Source: Candidatus Saccharimonadota bacterium (lineage in GTDB: Bacteria; Patescibacteriota; Saccharimonadia; Saccharimonadales; Saccharimonadaceae). Taken from it: a DNA stretch of 64,000 nt. Positions 1 through 9,060 of this stretch are shown here, one piece after another. Each line of letters opens with the position of its first letter. Within the stretch, counting starts at the first letter, position 1. Below the pieces are notes generated by a model. That model saw only the letters and a program-made list of their open reading frames with translations. It ran no database searches and had not been told where the DNA came from. The position numbers and the translations under genes are program-made. The stretch lies in NCBI GenBank assembly GCA_017406405.1, contig JAFQYO010000011.1:35435-99434 (forward strand), written 5' to 3'.

Positions 1-40
1 TCTACTCCTTTTTGTGTTATTATAAAAGGAGTAATTTTTA

Positions 41-1483
41 TTGAGGTCCACGATGCATTTCAAAACCATTTTCAAATCCCTAAAAAACAAAGATATGCTG
101 AAACGTCTGATGATTATCTTCGGGATTCTTGTCGTCTATTGCTTCTTGTCTCATATCCCCGTTCCCGTTGGTGAAGTCAGCACATTTCGCGACGCCGTCC
201 ATAACTTACTCAACTCGACCGATTTCGGTTCCTTCTTAAACATGATTTCCGGCGGGGGGCTCACCTCTTTCTCGATTATCCTCATCGGCCTCTCCCCTTA
301 CATTACCTCTTCTATCGTCGTCCAGCTCATGACAAAAGCCATTCCTTCCCTCGAAGAACTCTCTCAGGATGGCGAAGCCGGCCGCCGAAAGATAAACCAG
401 TGGACCCGTATTATCGCCGTTCCTCTCGCTATCGTCCAGTCTATTGCTTACACATACATCATCTATCAAAAAATCGTCGGTTCTTCGACCGCAGTCCTTC
501 CTGATTTGACTACGATTCAATGGATTATTGCTATCGTCTCCATAGTCGCCGGCTCGATTATCCTCATGTGGCTCGGCGAGCTCATAACCGAACAGGGAAT
601 TGGGAACGGAATTTCAATGCTGATTTTCGCTTCCATTATCACCGGCTTCCCGAAAACTTTCGCAAGTTTAACCTCCGCCCTCCTCGACACGTCTAACGGT
701 TCGCTTTCTCTCTTTGGCTGGCTTAATCTCCCCGTAAACCCGACTTGGTTCTGGATTTCGCTCGCCTTCGTCACCGCCATCGTCATAATCATCTATTTCC
801 TTGTAAAGCTAAACGAGGCCCAGCGTATCATCACCATAAACTACGCGAAGCGTGTCCATGGCAACTCCGCCTATGGTGGCATCCGTTCAATCCTCCCTCT
901 TAAACTTATCTCTGCCGGCGTCATCCCCGTTATCTTTGCGACCGCTTTTCTTTCGCTTCCCGCCCTCATCGGCCAATTTATCCTCTCGAAAAACGGCGAT
1001 AACACCTTCGCCCAAAATCTCGTTGCGATTTTCACCGCTCCGAACGCCTCAAATTTTGCCGAACTCTATCCTCTCGGCATAACTTGGCGATGGTTTATTT
1101 ATCCCGCTATTTACTTTGTCCTCGTCTTCGCGTTTACCTTCTTCTACACCAGCATCATCTTCAACACTAAAGAAATCGCCGACAACCTCCAGAAACAAGG
1201 TGGCTTTATCGAAGGCGTCCGCCCCGGCTTAAAAACCTCAGAATATCTCGAAAAAATTATCAACCGCCTAAACCTCTTCGGTGCGCTCGCGCTCGGCGCT
1301 ATCGCCCTCCTTCCGTTTATTTCCGACTACATCTTTATCGTCTTTAATGGCGCCCCAATCGGCCTATCCCTCTCCGGAACTGGGCTCTTGATTGTTGTCA
1401 CCGTCGCTCTCGAAAACCTCCGCGCTCTCGATTCAAAGGCCTTAATGGTCACCTACGACGATTATGGAAAAGAAACCGTTTAA
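41..1483 (+). CDS. secY: Preprotein translocase subunit SecY
   Basis: 480 aa with ~10 hydrophobic segments; SecY motifs (GLSPYITSSIVVQL, LMWLGELITEQGIGNGISMLIF, GGFIEGVRPG); AAGGAG at 26-31 before TTG. Confidence 0.97.
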   Translation: MRSTMHFKTIFKSLKNKDMLKRLMIIFGILVVYCFLSHIPVPVGEVSTFRDAVHNLLNSTDFGSFLNMISGGGLTSFSIILIGLSPYITSSIVVQLMTKAIPSLEELSQDGEAGRRKINQWTRIIAVPLAIVQSIAYTYIIYQKIVGSSTAVLPDLTTIQWIIAIVSIVAGSIILMWLGELITEQGIGNGISMLIFASIITGFPKTFASLTSALLDTSNGSLSLFGWLNLPVNPTWFWISLAFVTAIVIIIYFLVKLNEAQRIITINYAKRVHGNSAYGGIRSILPLKLISAGVIPVIFATAFLSLPALIGQFILSKNGDNTFAQNLVAIFTAPNASNFAELYPLGITWRWFIYPAIYFVLVFAFTFFYTSIIFNTKEIADNLQKQGGFIEGVRPGLKTSEYLEKIINRLNLFGALALGAIALLPFISDYIFIVFNGAPIGLSLSGTGLLIVVTVALENLRALDSKALMVTYDDYGKETV

Positions 1484-1501
1484 TAATAAAAAGGGTGGTA
1501 T

Positions 1502-2278
1502 ATGAAAAAACCTCAAAAAAAATCATCTCAAAAGTCCCAAAAACAAACAAAAGACTCTCTAAACCTTCGCGAACCTCGTCGCGCTAAGTCCGAAAGTCTC
1601 TCTCTGAGTTTTTCAAAAGTTCTGATAGAAAAAATCGTCCTTTTTGTTGTTCTAATTCTCCTCGGGATTTTCTTCGTCCGCATCGCAATCTGGGAACATA
1701 ATTATTATACAGAAATGGAAGGAAAACCCCGCGCGACCGCCGAAACCGTCAGCTCTGACTCCGGCGAGCTTGACGAAACCCCCGTCACCGAAGAGCAAAT
1801 TCGCGAGCATATCGTCCCCGCTGACCACCCACGCTATCTCTCGATTCAAAAACTCGGAATTAAAAACGCCCGCATCCTTTCCGAAGGACTGAAGTCAAAC
1901 GGAGAGCTCGACACGCCGGTCGGAATCTTCGACGTCGGTTGGTACTCGTCGTCCGGAACTCCCGGCTCTGGTCGCCCAATCCTCCTCGACGGCCACAACG
2001 GCGGCCCAAACGTCGTCGGCGTCTTTAAATACCTAAACCAGCTTTATTCCGGAGACACCTTCACGATTGAGCGTGGCGACGGCGAAATCTTCACCTACGA
2101 AGTTGTAGAAAACAAAGAAGTCCCCCTTAGCGAATCTGACGATTATATGGGGACCGCATTGAGTTCGCCGCTTCCCGGCCGCGAAAGCGTTACTCTTATT
2201 TCCTGTACTGGCGAATGGTCCCAAACCCAAAACACCTACCTCTCCCGCCAGTTCGTTCGCGCCGTAATCAAAGATTAG
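1502..2278 (+). CDS. Sortase, class F-like
   Basis: N-terminal TM; His (LDGHNGG), TLISC catalytic Cys and downstream Arg (YLSRQFV). Confidence 0.85.
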   Translation: MKKPQKKSSQKSQKQTKDSLNLREPRRAKSESLSLSFSKVLIEKIVLFVVLILLGIFFVRIAIWEHNYYTEMEGKPRATAETVSSDSGELDETPVTEEQIREHIVPADHPRYLSIQKLGIKNARILSEGLKSNGELDTPVGIFDVGWYSSSGTPGSGRPILLDGHNGGPNVVGVFKYLNQLYSGDTFTIERGDGEIFTYEVVENKEVPLSESDDYMGTALSSPLPGRESVTLISCTGEWSQTQNTYLSRQFVRAVIKD

Positions 2279-2342
2279 CCAAAATTCTTAAAAATCCCTC
2301 TTGAAAAACGCTACATTTTTTGATATAATTACCACGTAATTT

Positions 2343-2561
2343 ATGGCTAGTCAAAAGGAAGTGATTAAACTCACAGGTAAAGTCGTTGAGGCTTTGCCTA
2401 ATGCCCAGTTTCGGGTTGAACTCGAGAATGGCCATATTATCATTGCGCACATGAGCGGAAAAATGCGCAAAAACTTTATCCGTCTTGTGCCCGGTGATAC
2501 GGTAGATGTTGAGTTAACCCCTTACGATCTTACAAAGGGCAGAATCAGCTTCCGCCGCTAA
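2343..2561 (+). CDS. infA: Translation initiation factor IF-1
   Basis: [16 protein letters not shown]...[15 protein letters not shown]...PYDLTKGRI. Confidence 0.98.
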   Translation: MASQKEVIKLTGKVVEALPNAQFRVELENGHIIIAHMSGKMRKNFIRLVPGDTVDVELTPYDLTKGRISFRR

Positions 2562-2663
2562 TTTCGGGTTTTCCCCCGTTTTGGTTTTTTCATAAAACTT
2601 TTAATGGCTCCATTTCCCGAAAAATTACAATATAAACCTTAATCAAGGAAAGTTTTTTACACT

Positions 2664-2780
2664 ATGAAAGTACGCGCAAGTGTTAAAAAAATCTCCCCTG
2701 ATGATATCCTCGTCCGCCGAAAAGGCGTCCTTCGAGTCATCAACAAGAAAAAACCTAAGAACAAACAAAGGCAGGGTTAA
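2664..2780 (+). CDS. rpmJ: 50S ribosomal protein L36 (not in ORF track; Cys-free form)
   Basis: Hand translation: [38 protein letters not shown]; lies between infA and rpsM. Confidence 0.95.
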   Translation: MKVRASVKKISPDDILVRRKGVLRVINKKKPKNKQRQG

Positions 2781-2782
2781 GC

Positions 2783-3169
2783 ATGGCAAGAATTGCTAGC
2801 GTTGTTATTCCTTCCGAGAAGCAAGTTGAAACCGCTCTCACTTACATCTACGGAATCGGATTGACAACAAGTAAAGCCATCCTTGCGGAGGCCAAAATTG
2901 AGCCTACCACTCGGGTGAAAGATCTCACCGAGGCTGAAGAACAAAAACTCAACGATATTATTTCCGCCAAATATTCCGTTGAGGGGGATCTAAAACGCCT
3001 CGTGACCAACAATATCAAACGTCTAAAAGACATTAATTCCTATAAAGGTCTGCGTCATAAAGCTGGTCTCCCAGTCAACGGTCAAAGAACCCGCACGAAT
3101 GCGCGTACTCGTAAGGGCAAAGCTATCGCGGTCGGTGGCGCACAACCTAAAGCAGCAAGCAAAACCTAG
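2783..3169 (+). CDS. rpsM: 30S ribosomal protein S13
   Basis: ALTYIYGIG...[23 protein letters not shown]. Confidence 0.98.
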   Translation: MARIASVVIPSEKQVETALTYIYGIGLTTSKAILAEAKIEPTTRVKDLTEAEEQKLNDIISAKYSVEGDLKRLVTNNIKRLKDINSYKGLRHKAGLPVNGQRTRTNARTRKGKAIAVGGAQPKAASKT

Positions 3170-3181
3170 GAGTCTCTATAT

Positions 3182-3613
3182 ATGACAGAAGAAAAAACTA
3201 CCCAAGCTCCTGCGGTTGAAGCTCAAGCCGCAAAAAAGGTTAAAGGAAAGAAAGGAAAAAGAGTTGTCCAATCCGGTCAAGTCCATATCCAAGCCACCTT
3301 TAACAACACCATCATCAGCGTAAGCGACAAAAACGGAGGCGTCCTCGCCGCTTCTTCCGCCGGAGCTAATGGCTTCCGCGGTTCGAAGAAGGGAACTGCC
3401 TACGCCGCTCAAATCGCCGCTGAAAAAGCTCTCGAAATCGCGAAAAAGGACCACGGTCTCTCTTCCGTCGACGTTTTCGTCAAGGGAATTGGCCTCGGTC
3501 GCGACAGCGCTATCCGCGCTATTTCCGGCCTCGGTATTCGCATCGACAGCATCACCGACATAACCCCGATCGCTCACGGTGGTGTGCGACCTAAGGGAGA
3601 AAGGAAACCGTAA
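3182..3613 (+). CDS. rpsK: 30S ribosomal protein S11
   Basis: HIQATFNNTII...GFRGSKKGTAYAAQ...DITPIAHGG. Confidence 0.98.
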   Translation: MTEEKTTQAPAVEAQAAKKVKGKKGKRVVQSGQVHIQATFNNTIISVSDKNGGVLAASSAGANGFRGSKKGTAYAAQIAAEKALEIAKKDHGLSSVDVFVKGIGLGRDSAIRAISGLGIRIDSITDITPIAHGGVRPKGERKP

Positions 3614-4215
3614 TGGCTCGCGATAAATCTCCAATTGTCAAACAATCTCGTCGCGAAGGTTACGCCCTCGCACCTAAAGCTCACAAAGTCATGGCGAAGA
3701 AAAGCGGTATTCCGGGCGAACACACAGGTATGCGTTCTCGTTCCCAAAGCCTCTATCTTGTCCAACTTCGTGAAAAACAAAAAGTCCGCCGTCTTTACGG
3801 CCTCCTCGAAAAACAATTCGCGAAGTTAATGAAAGAAGCCCAAAAAGCCGAAGGTTTGACAGGCGAAAACCTGCTCCAATACCTCGAGCGTCGCGCTGAT
3901 AACGCCGTTTATCGTGCCGGTTTCGCGACAACCCGTCGCCAAGCTCGTCAGCTCGTCTCTCACGGCCACTTCCTCTTGAACGGCAAGAGAATAAATATCC
4001 CGTCCATCCGTCTTAAACCCGGAGACGTCCTCGAAGTCCGTCCAAAGTCTCAAAAATCCGAATACTTCAAGATTATTTCTCCGTCCGCCGTCCAGCTTTC
4101 TTGGATGAAAGCCGACCCAAAGAAAATGAAAATTGAAGTCACCGGTTTACCGAAGCGCGAAGAAGCTGAGGTGGGCATTAACGAACAACTAATCGTCGAG
4201 TACTACTCGCGCTAA
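3613..4215 (+). CDS. rpsD: 30S ribosomal protein S4
   Basis: QLREKQKVRRLYGL...LERRADNAVYRAGF...ARQLVSHGHF...IVEYYSR. Confidence 0.98.
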   Translation: MARDKSPIVKQSRREGYALAPKAHKVMAKKSGIPGEHTGMRSRSQSLYLVQLREKQKVRRLYGLLEKQFAKLMKEAQKAEGLTGENLLQYLERRADNAVYRAGFATTRRQARQLVSHGHFLLNGKRINIPSIRLKPGDVLEVRPKSQKSEYFKIISPSAVQLSWMKADPKKMKIEVTGLPKREEAEVGINEQLIVEYYSR

Positions 4216-4234
4216 GTAAAAGGAGAGAATATAA

Positions 4235-5185
4235 ATGACAACAAAAGTTATTCACGAAGCAAATCTCGCCGAGGTCAAAGAACTCGGAGAAAACAGCGCC
4301 GAGTTTATTATCAAACCGCTTTATTACGGCTATGGTAACACTCTCGGAAATTCTCTTCGTCGTGTGCTTCTTTCTTCAATCAAAGGCGCCGCTATCACCG
4401 CTTTCTCGATTGACGGAACAAACCACGAATTTTCTACCGTCCCTGGTATTCGCGAAGATGTCGTCGACATCATGTTGAACCTAAAAAACATTCGCTTGAA
4501 AAATCACAGCGACTCGCCTGTCGAAGCCACTCTCGAAATCAAGGGTAGCAACCAGTCGAAAAAAGACGGCGAAGGTCGTGTTACCGCTAGCGATATCCGC
4601 TTGCCGGCCGATGTCGAACTCGGAAACCCGAACCAAACCATCTGCCACATCGACGACCCGAACGTAACCCTTAAAATGAATTTCATCATCGAATCCGGCC
4701 GAGGTTACCTCACAATTGACGAAGCCTCGAAAGACCGTCTTTACAGCGACATGATTGCCCTCGACGCCGTCTTTACCCCGGTTCTTCGCGTTCGCTACAA
4801 AGTAGAAAACACACGTGTCGGCCAAGACACAAACCTTCAGCAGCTTTCTCTCACTATCGACACCGACGGAACTATCACCCCGCGTGAAGCTTTCGAAGAA
4901 GCTGCCGCCATCCTCGTAAACCAATACAAAGCCCTTTCCGGCAAAACTGAAGTCGAAACTGCTCCTGCGCCTGGAAACGTCCCCGAAGAAGACAATTCTG
5001 GTCTCTTGCTCCCGATTGAGGAACTCGGACTTTCCGCCAGAACAGCCAACGCTCTCACTAACAACGGAATTAAGAATCTCAACCAACTTATCGGTCTGAC
5101 CGAAACCCAGTTGAAAGATCTTAAAGGCTTTGGTGCTAAGGCTCTCGAGGAAGTTCAAGAAAAAATAACGGAGTTTAGAAAATAA
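4235..5185 (+). CDS. rpoA: RNA polymerase subunit alpha
   Basis: GYGNTLGNSLRRVLLSSI, HEFSTVPGIREDV, alpha-CTD IEELGLSARTANAL. Confidence 0.98.
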   Translation: MTTKVIHEANLAEVKELGENSAEFIIKPLYYGYGNTLGNSLRRVLLSSIKGAAITAFSIDGTNHEFSTVPGIREDVVDIMLNLKNIRLKNHSDSPVEATLEIKGSNQSKKDGEGRVTASDIRLPADVELGNPNQTICHIDDPNVTLKMNFIIESGRGYLTIDEASKDRLYSDMIALDAVFTPVLRVRYKVENTRVGQDTNLQQLSLTIDTDGTITPREAFEEAAAILVNQYKALSGKTEVETAPAPGNVPEEDNSGLLLPIEELGLSARTANALTNNGIKNLNQLIGLTETQLKDLKGFGAKALEEVQEKITEFRK

Positions 5186-5592
5186 TGCACCGCCACGGAT
5201 ATAAAGGCCGCAAGTTCGGCCGAGAAACCGACCAGAGGACAGCGCTAGAACGTGGGCTGATGTGCTCCCTCCTTAAATATCAAAGTATAACCACCACTCT
5301 CGCTCGTGCCAAAGAAATCCGTCGCTCGACTGAGAAGTTAATCACTATCGCCAAAAAAGGCGATCTCGCTTCTCGTCGTCTCGTCATTTCTCGCCTTAAC
5401 GACCTTGAGACCGCTGACCTCCTTGTCGACGTCATCGCCCCTCAAATCAAGCGCGATTCTGGCTATCTTCGCATCGAACGCGCCGGTTTCCGCAAAGGCG
5501 ACCACGCCGAAATGGGTACGATTTCCTTTGTCGACGATATTGACCTCGACATGAAACCTGCCAAATCTTCCGAGAAGAAAGGGGATAAATAG
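5185..5592 (+). CDS. rplQ: 50S ribosomal protein L17
   Basis: MHRHGYKGRKFGR...ITTTLARAKE...GYLRIERAGFRKGDHA. Confidence 0.97.
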   Translation: MHRHGYKGRKFGRETDQRTALERGLMCSLLKYQSITTTLARAKEIRRSTEKLITIAKKGDLASRRLVISRLNDLETADLLVDVIAPQIKRDSGYLRIERAGFRKGDHAEMGTISFVDDIDLDMKPAKSSEKKGDK

Positions 5593-5594
5593 TC

Positions 5595-6020
5595 ATGAAA
5601 ACCTATTCCCAAAAATCATCTGAAATTTCCCGCGAATGGTGGATTATCGACGCTTCGACTATGCCGCTTGGCCGTCTCGCCGTCGTTATCGCCGACAAGT
5701 TAATGGGAAAGTCAAAAGTTACCTATACCCCGCACATTGACAATGGTGATTATGTCGTCGTCATCAACGCCAAAAACCTCGTTGTTACTGGCGAAAAAAT
5801 GACCGACAAAAAATACTACCGCCACTCCGGCTTCCCGGGCGGCCTGACCGAACTTAAACTCGAAGAAGTCATCGAGAAAAACCCGGAAAACGCCATAAAA
5901 GCCGCTGTAAAGGGTATGCTCCCAAAGAACAAACTTGCCGCTGGACGTCTTGCTCGTCTCCGCGTTTTCGACGGAGCCGAACACGCCCACACTGCACAAA
6001 ATCCAAAGGAGATTAAATAA
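5595..6020 (+). CDS. rplM: 50S ribosomal protein L13
   Basis: GRLAVVIA...YTPHIDNGDYVVVINA...YYRHSGFPGG...GMLPKN. Confidence 0.98.
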   Translation: MKTYSQKSSEISREWWIIDASTMPLGRLAVVIADKLMGKSKVTYTPHIDNGDYVVVINAKNLVVTGEKMTDKKYYRHSGFPGGLTELKLEEVIEKNPENAIKAAVKGMLPKNKLAAGRLARLRVFDGAEHAHTAQNPKEIK

Positions 6021-6421
6021 TGACCGATAAGAAAACCTATATTTACGGCCTCGGTCGCAGAAAAGCCGCTTCCGCTCGCGCCCGCCTCTATAAAGGCAAA
6101 GGCAACATCACCATCAACGGCAAAGATGCTCTCGAATATTTCTCCGGCAACAAAAGCTACGTCGCAGAAATCACCGATCCTCTTGCCTTGACTCAAAAAC
6201 AAAAGGACTATGACATTTCCGTTCGTGTCCTCGGTGGTGGTCTCGCGGGTCAAGTCGATGCGATTAAACTCGCCATCTCTAAAGCTATCCAAACCGAGTC
6301 TCCCGACCTTCGCCCTGTCCTCAAAAAAGCCGGGTTCGTCAAACGCGACCCCCGCGAAAAGGAAAGGAAAAAATACGGTCTTCGTTCCGCTCGCAAGAAA
6401 GAACAATTCAGCAAGCGTTAA
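6020..6421 (+). CDS. rpsI: 30S ribosomal protein S9
   Basis: GLGRRK...GGGLAGQ...RDPREKERKKYG...QFSKR. Confidence 0.98.
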   Translation: MTDKKTYIYGLGRRKAASARARLYKGKGNITINGKDALEYFSGNKSYVAEITDPLALTQKQKDYDISVRVLGGGLAGQVDAIKLAISKAIQTESPDLRPVLKKAGFVKRDPREKERKKYGLRSARKKEQFSKR

Positions 6422-6429
6422 AACACCAG

Positions 6430-6459
6430 AAAAAAGACCCCTTCTCGGGGCCTTTTTTT
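6430..6459 (+). terminator. Intrinsic terminator after rpsI, probably bidirectional
   Basis: AAAAAAGACCCC-TTCTC-GGGGCCTTTTTTT hairpin with A and T tracts, between convergent genes. Confidence 0.8.
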
Positions 6460-6503
6460 GGTTTTGGAATAATGATGAAACAACAATAAGAACAAATCTA
6501 TCT

Positions 6504-7304
6504 TTATGAATAAGGGTCTCCGAGGTCAAACCAGTACGAACCTCCACTTCCGTTGGGGCTAAAATAATTGTGCGCCCCATCTCCATAATAATAGAGATAT
6601 CCTTTTGGTAAAGTTCGTCCGGAGTCCTCGACCCCGTCTTTCTCCGCCGCCCATCTCTGGAGCACGTCAATCGCAATCTCGACCTCATACTCCTCATAGG
6701 GCTCTCCCGACCAATAATAAAACTGGCTCGGCGCGGTCAGAATAGACCAGAAATCCGTAGACCCCCCATATCCAGCATCAACACGATTTAAAACCGTCCA
6801 AGCGACCATACTCTGTTCGCGTTTCGAACAGCCTCGTGCTTCTCCCCACATCAACTGCGCCAAAGCGACCGCCTTGTCATAGTCATACGGATAATCAGAA
6901 ATCTGCTTTTCTGCGACCTCTGTTTCCGTTTCAGTTTCTAACTCTGCTTCTGTCTCTGTTTCCGTTTCTGTCTCGGTCTCAATCTCCGTATCAGTCTCAG
7001 TTTCCGTTTCCAGCTCTGCGTCCGACTCGGAGGATTCTACCTTTGATTTCTTAGGCCTACTCTCAGACTCCGTCTCTATCGGAGCCCCCTGCTCGTCGTT
7101 AAGCTCCGCCTCACTCATCTCTTCTAATTCTTCGCTCTCCTTCGTCGAACTTGCATACGCATAATATCGCAGGTTCGAAATCCAGGACATCGTTAAAACA
7201 GTAAAGACCATGATTAGAGCCGAACAAACCAGCATAAATCTCCGATTTAACGTCTCTCGTCTCTCTGCTTTCTCTTGTCTACACTTTTCAATTCGTCTGT
7301 TCAT
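6504..7304 (-). CDS. Cell wall hydrolase, SleB (Hydrolase_2) family, with N-terminal TM and acidic Glu-Thr linker
   Basis: LAQLMWGEARG...MVAWTVLNRV...ILTAPSQF matches the SleB catalytic Glu and NRV/QF motifs. Confidence 0.75.
   Translation of the reverse strand: MNRRIEKCRQEKAERRETLNRRFMLVCSALIMVFTVLTMSWISNLRYYAYASSTKESEELEEMSEAELNDEQGAPIETESESRPKKSKVESSESDAELETETETDTEIETETETETETEAELETETETEVAEKQISDYPYDYDKAVALAQLMWGEARGCSKREQSMVAWTVLNRVDAGYGGSTDFWSILTAPSQFYYWSGEPYEEYEVEIAIDVLQRWAAEKDGVEDSGRTLPKGYLYYYGDGAHNYFSPNGSGGSYWFDLGDPYS
6918..7020 (-). repeat. Degenerate 6-bp repeat encoding (ET)n
   Basis: Encodes DAELETETETDTEIETETETETEAELETETETEVAE. Confidence 0.8.
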
Positions 7305-7377
7305 AAAACCTCCATTCTATCCACGAGTTCCAAAACCAAATTGATAAGTTTCAAGGGAGAAAACTCCCCATCTATTC

Positions 7378-7406
7378 ATTTTATCATACTTTTGCTTTTT
7401 TGTCAA
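7378..7406 (-). promoter_or_regulatory. Sigma70 promoter for the SleB-like gene
   Basis: Reverse strand TTGACA-N17-TAAAAT with TG extension. Confidence 0.75.
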
Positions 7407-7423
7407 TTACACCCCTTTAATTA

Positions 7424-7452
7424 TTGACTTTTTCCCTAATATCATGTATAAT
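7424..7452 (+). promoter_or_regulatory. Sigma70 promoter for 7483..8184
   Basis: TTGACT-N17-TATAAT; AGGAGG upstream of the GTG. Confidence 0.75.
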
Positions 7453-7482
7453 TATCTCATAACATTACTTTAGGAGGACTAC

Positions 7483-8184
7483 GTGTCCGCTTTTTTTATC
7501 AAAAAACCGCTATTAAGCCCCTTTAGCTTCGGGAAAACCCCAAAAAAGAATTCTCGCTTCGTCTCTTTCCCAAATCCTACCGAATTCACCTCTGTTGACG
7601 AGCGTCCTTTCTGGGAAATCCAACGCGCCGAAGCTCTCGAAGTCTTGACAAATCTTTATAATCATTGGCGAAATTCTTGGAACAACACTAAGGCTTCTCT
7701 TGGCGACCTCAATCTCTCGAGCTCGCTTCGCTCTCGCATCAACTTCTACGAAGCGGAACAACAAAAAGCTATTCTCTCCCTCCTTTCAAAAATTCTCGTC
7801 GCCTGGGAAAAATACGACGAAGTCGCCTTCTCCGAAAACATTCTCGCCCTCGCAAAGGAATTTCGGCCTTCTTACGCATATCTCGAAAACGATCCGGAAG
7901 AAGGCGCGTCCTTTCAGCTCACCGAGTCCCAGCTCTCGATTTTACGTAACTTTATTTCGACCGAAGCGACCGTACTAAAAGATTCTGTTCGCGAGCTCCA
8001 ACTCATGTCTTGGAAAAAAATCGACTTCGGCGACAATACCCTCACCGAATCCGCCGCCGAAGCTCTGCTCCGCGAACGACTCGGTCTCATCTATTTCGAT
8101 TTTGTAGAAGGGAACGAAACTCCCGAATTTTCTAGCGGCTATTATCCCGCTCTCCTTCAAGACCTCACCGACCAAGGACTCTAA
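7483..8184 (+). CDS. Hypothetical protein
   Basis: 233 aa ORF with its own promoter and SD; no recognisable motif. Confidence 0.7.
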   Translation: MSAFFIKKPLLSPFSFGKTPKKNSRFVSFPNPTEFTSVDERPFWEIQRAEALEVLTNLYNHWRNSWNNTKASLGDLNLSSSLRSRINFYEAEQQKAILSLLSKILVAWEKYDEVAFSENILALAKEFRPSYAYLENDPEEGASFQLTESQLSILRNFISTEATVLKDSVRELQLMSWKKIDFGDNTLTESAAEALLRERLGLIYFDFVEGNETPEFSSGYYPALLQDLTDQGL

Positions 8185-8202
8185 CCTCCCACCCCTATCG
8201 CC

Positions 8203-8231
8203 TTGACAACAGCGTCTCTCCATGATATAAT
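8203..8231 (+). promoter_or_regulatory. Perfect-consensus sigma70 promoter
   Basis: TTGACA-N17-TATAAT with TG extension. Confidence 0.85.
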
Positions 8232-8297
8232 CAAAAGCAGGAAGAATCTCCCCTTCTTCCTTGTAACTTAAAATTTTTCAAACAACGGAGGGAAAGA

Positions 8298-8831
8298 ATG
8301 TTTAAAATTTCCGAAAATGCTAATCAACCCTATATGAGCATTCTTGCAGAAAAAGATGGATGCCAGTTAATTTGTCGAGCCGTTGATTCCGAAAACGACC
8401 TCCTTGCTGGAGGCGAATCAGCTGTTCATCGTCTCTTTGAAGAAGTTTTGACCCCGTTTTGTTGCAACTGTTCTTCTGCGGAGACAATCAACGAGTTTTT
8501 CACTCAGGTCTTGGCCGGAACCACACCTCGAGCCGCCCTTCAGGAAATCCGTTTCTTCGAAGACCACATCGAGATTATCCACGCCCAGCACCACTTCCAG
8601 AGAAACTCAAAAGGTCGCCTTCGCGACAAAACCTACAGCAACAGAACAACTTATTCTGATACTTTTCTCGCCGGAAGCGTAAACTTTGCTCTCGAAATCG
8701 ACGTCCTTGACGAAAATTCCGAAATCGTCGAAGCATACGCTATCCTTTTTTGCCCCGGCGTGATAAACATAAGTCCCATGGAAACAGAAACGGACAACTC
8801 CGTAACTTTTTCCTTACCGATTGCAGTTTAA
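8298..8831 (+). CDS. Hypothetical protein
   Basis: 177 aa ORF, GGAGG SD, own promoter and downstream terminator. Confidence 0.7.
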   Translation: MFKISENANQPYMSILAEKDGCQLICRAVDSENDLLAGGESAVHRLFEEVLTPFCCNCSSAETINEFFTQVLAGTTPRAALQEIRFFEDHIEIIHAQHHFQRNSKGRLRDKTYSNRTTYSDTFLAGSVNFALEIDVLDENSEIVEAYAILFCPGVINISPMETETDNSVTFSLPIAV

Positions 8832-8856
8832 CCCCTGCAAACCACGTTTGAAAAAC

Positions 8857-8884
8857 AAAGCCGTCCCGAAAGGGGCGGTTTTTC
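8857..8884. terminator. Bidirectional intrinsic terminator
   Basis: AAAGCCGTCCC-GAAA-GGGGCGGTTTTT between the convergent ORF and tRNA. Confidence 0.8.
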
Positions 8885-8894
8885 AATCTATACT

Positions 8895-8981
8895 TGGTGG
8901 GCGAGGAGGGAATCGAACCCTCACTCTCTTGCGAGAACTAGATTTTGAGTCTGGCGCGTCTACCAATTCCGCCACTCGCCC
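8895..8981 (-). tRNA. tRNA-Leu(CAA)
   Basis: Reverse complement GGGCGAGTGGCGGAATTGGTAGACGCG...CT-CAA-AA...long variable arm...GGTTCGATTCCC...CACCA with encoded CCA; upstream TTGAAA-N17-TAAAAT at 8992-9020. Confidence 0.97.
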
Positions 8982-9060
8982 TAGCCCCCTTATTTTACTA
9001 TACCTCATATTTTTTTTCAAATATGTTATAATGAAATGACAACTAATTGGAGGATGATTC

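Noticed and set aside
5816-6697. Long antisense ORFs (also 28696..29544, 45162..45854, 4481..5158, 23146..23691)
   Set aside because: Shadows of well-supported + strand genes; the C-ending codon bias depletes reverse-strand stops; no motifs
6470-8981. Integrated element or prophage at tRNA-Leu
   Set aside because: No integrase, phage gene or duplicated tRNA 3' end (attL/attR) could be found by eye; kept only as an accessory islet
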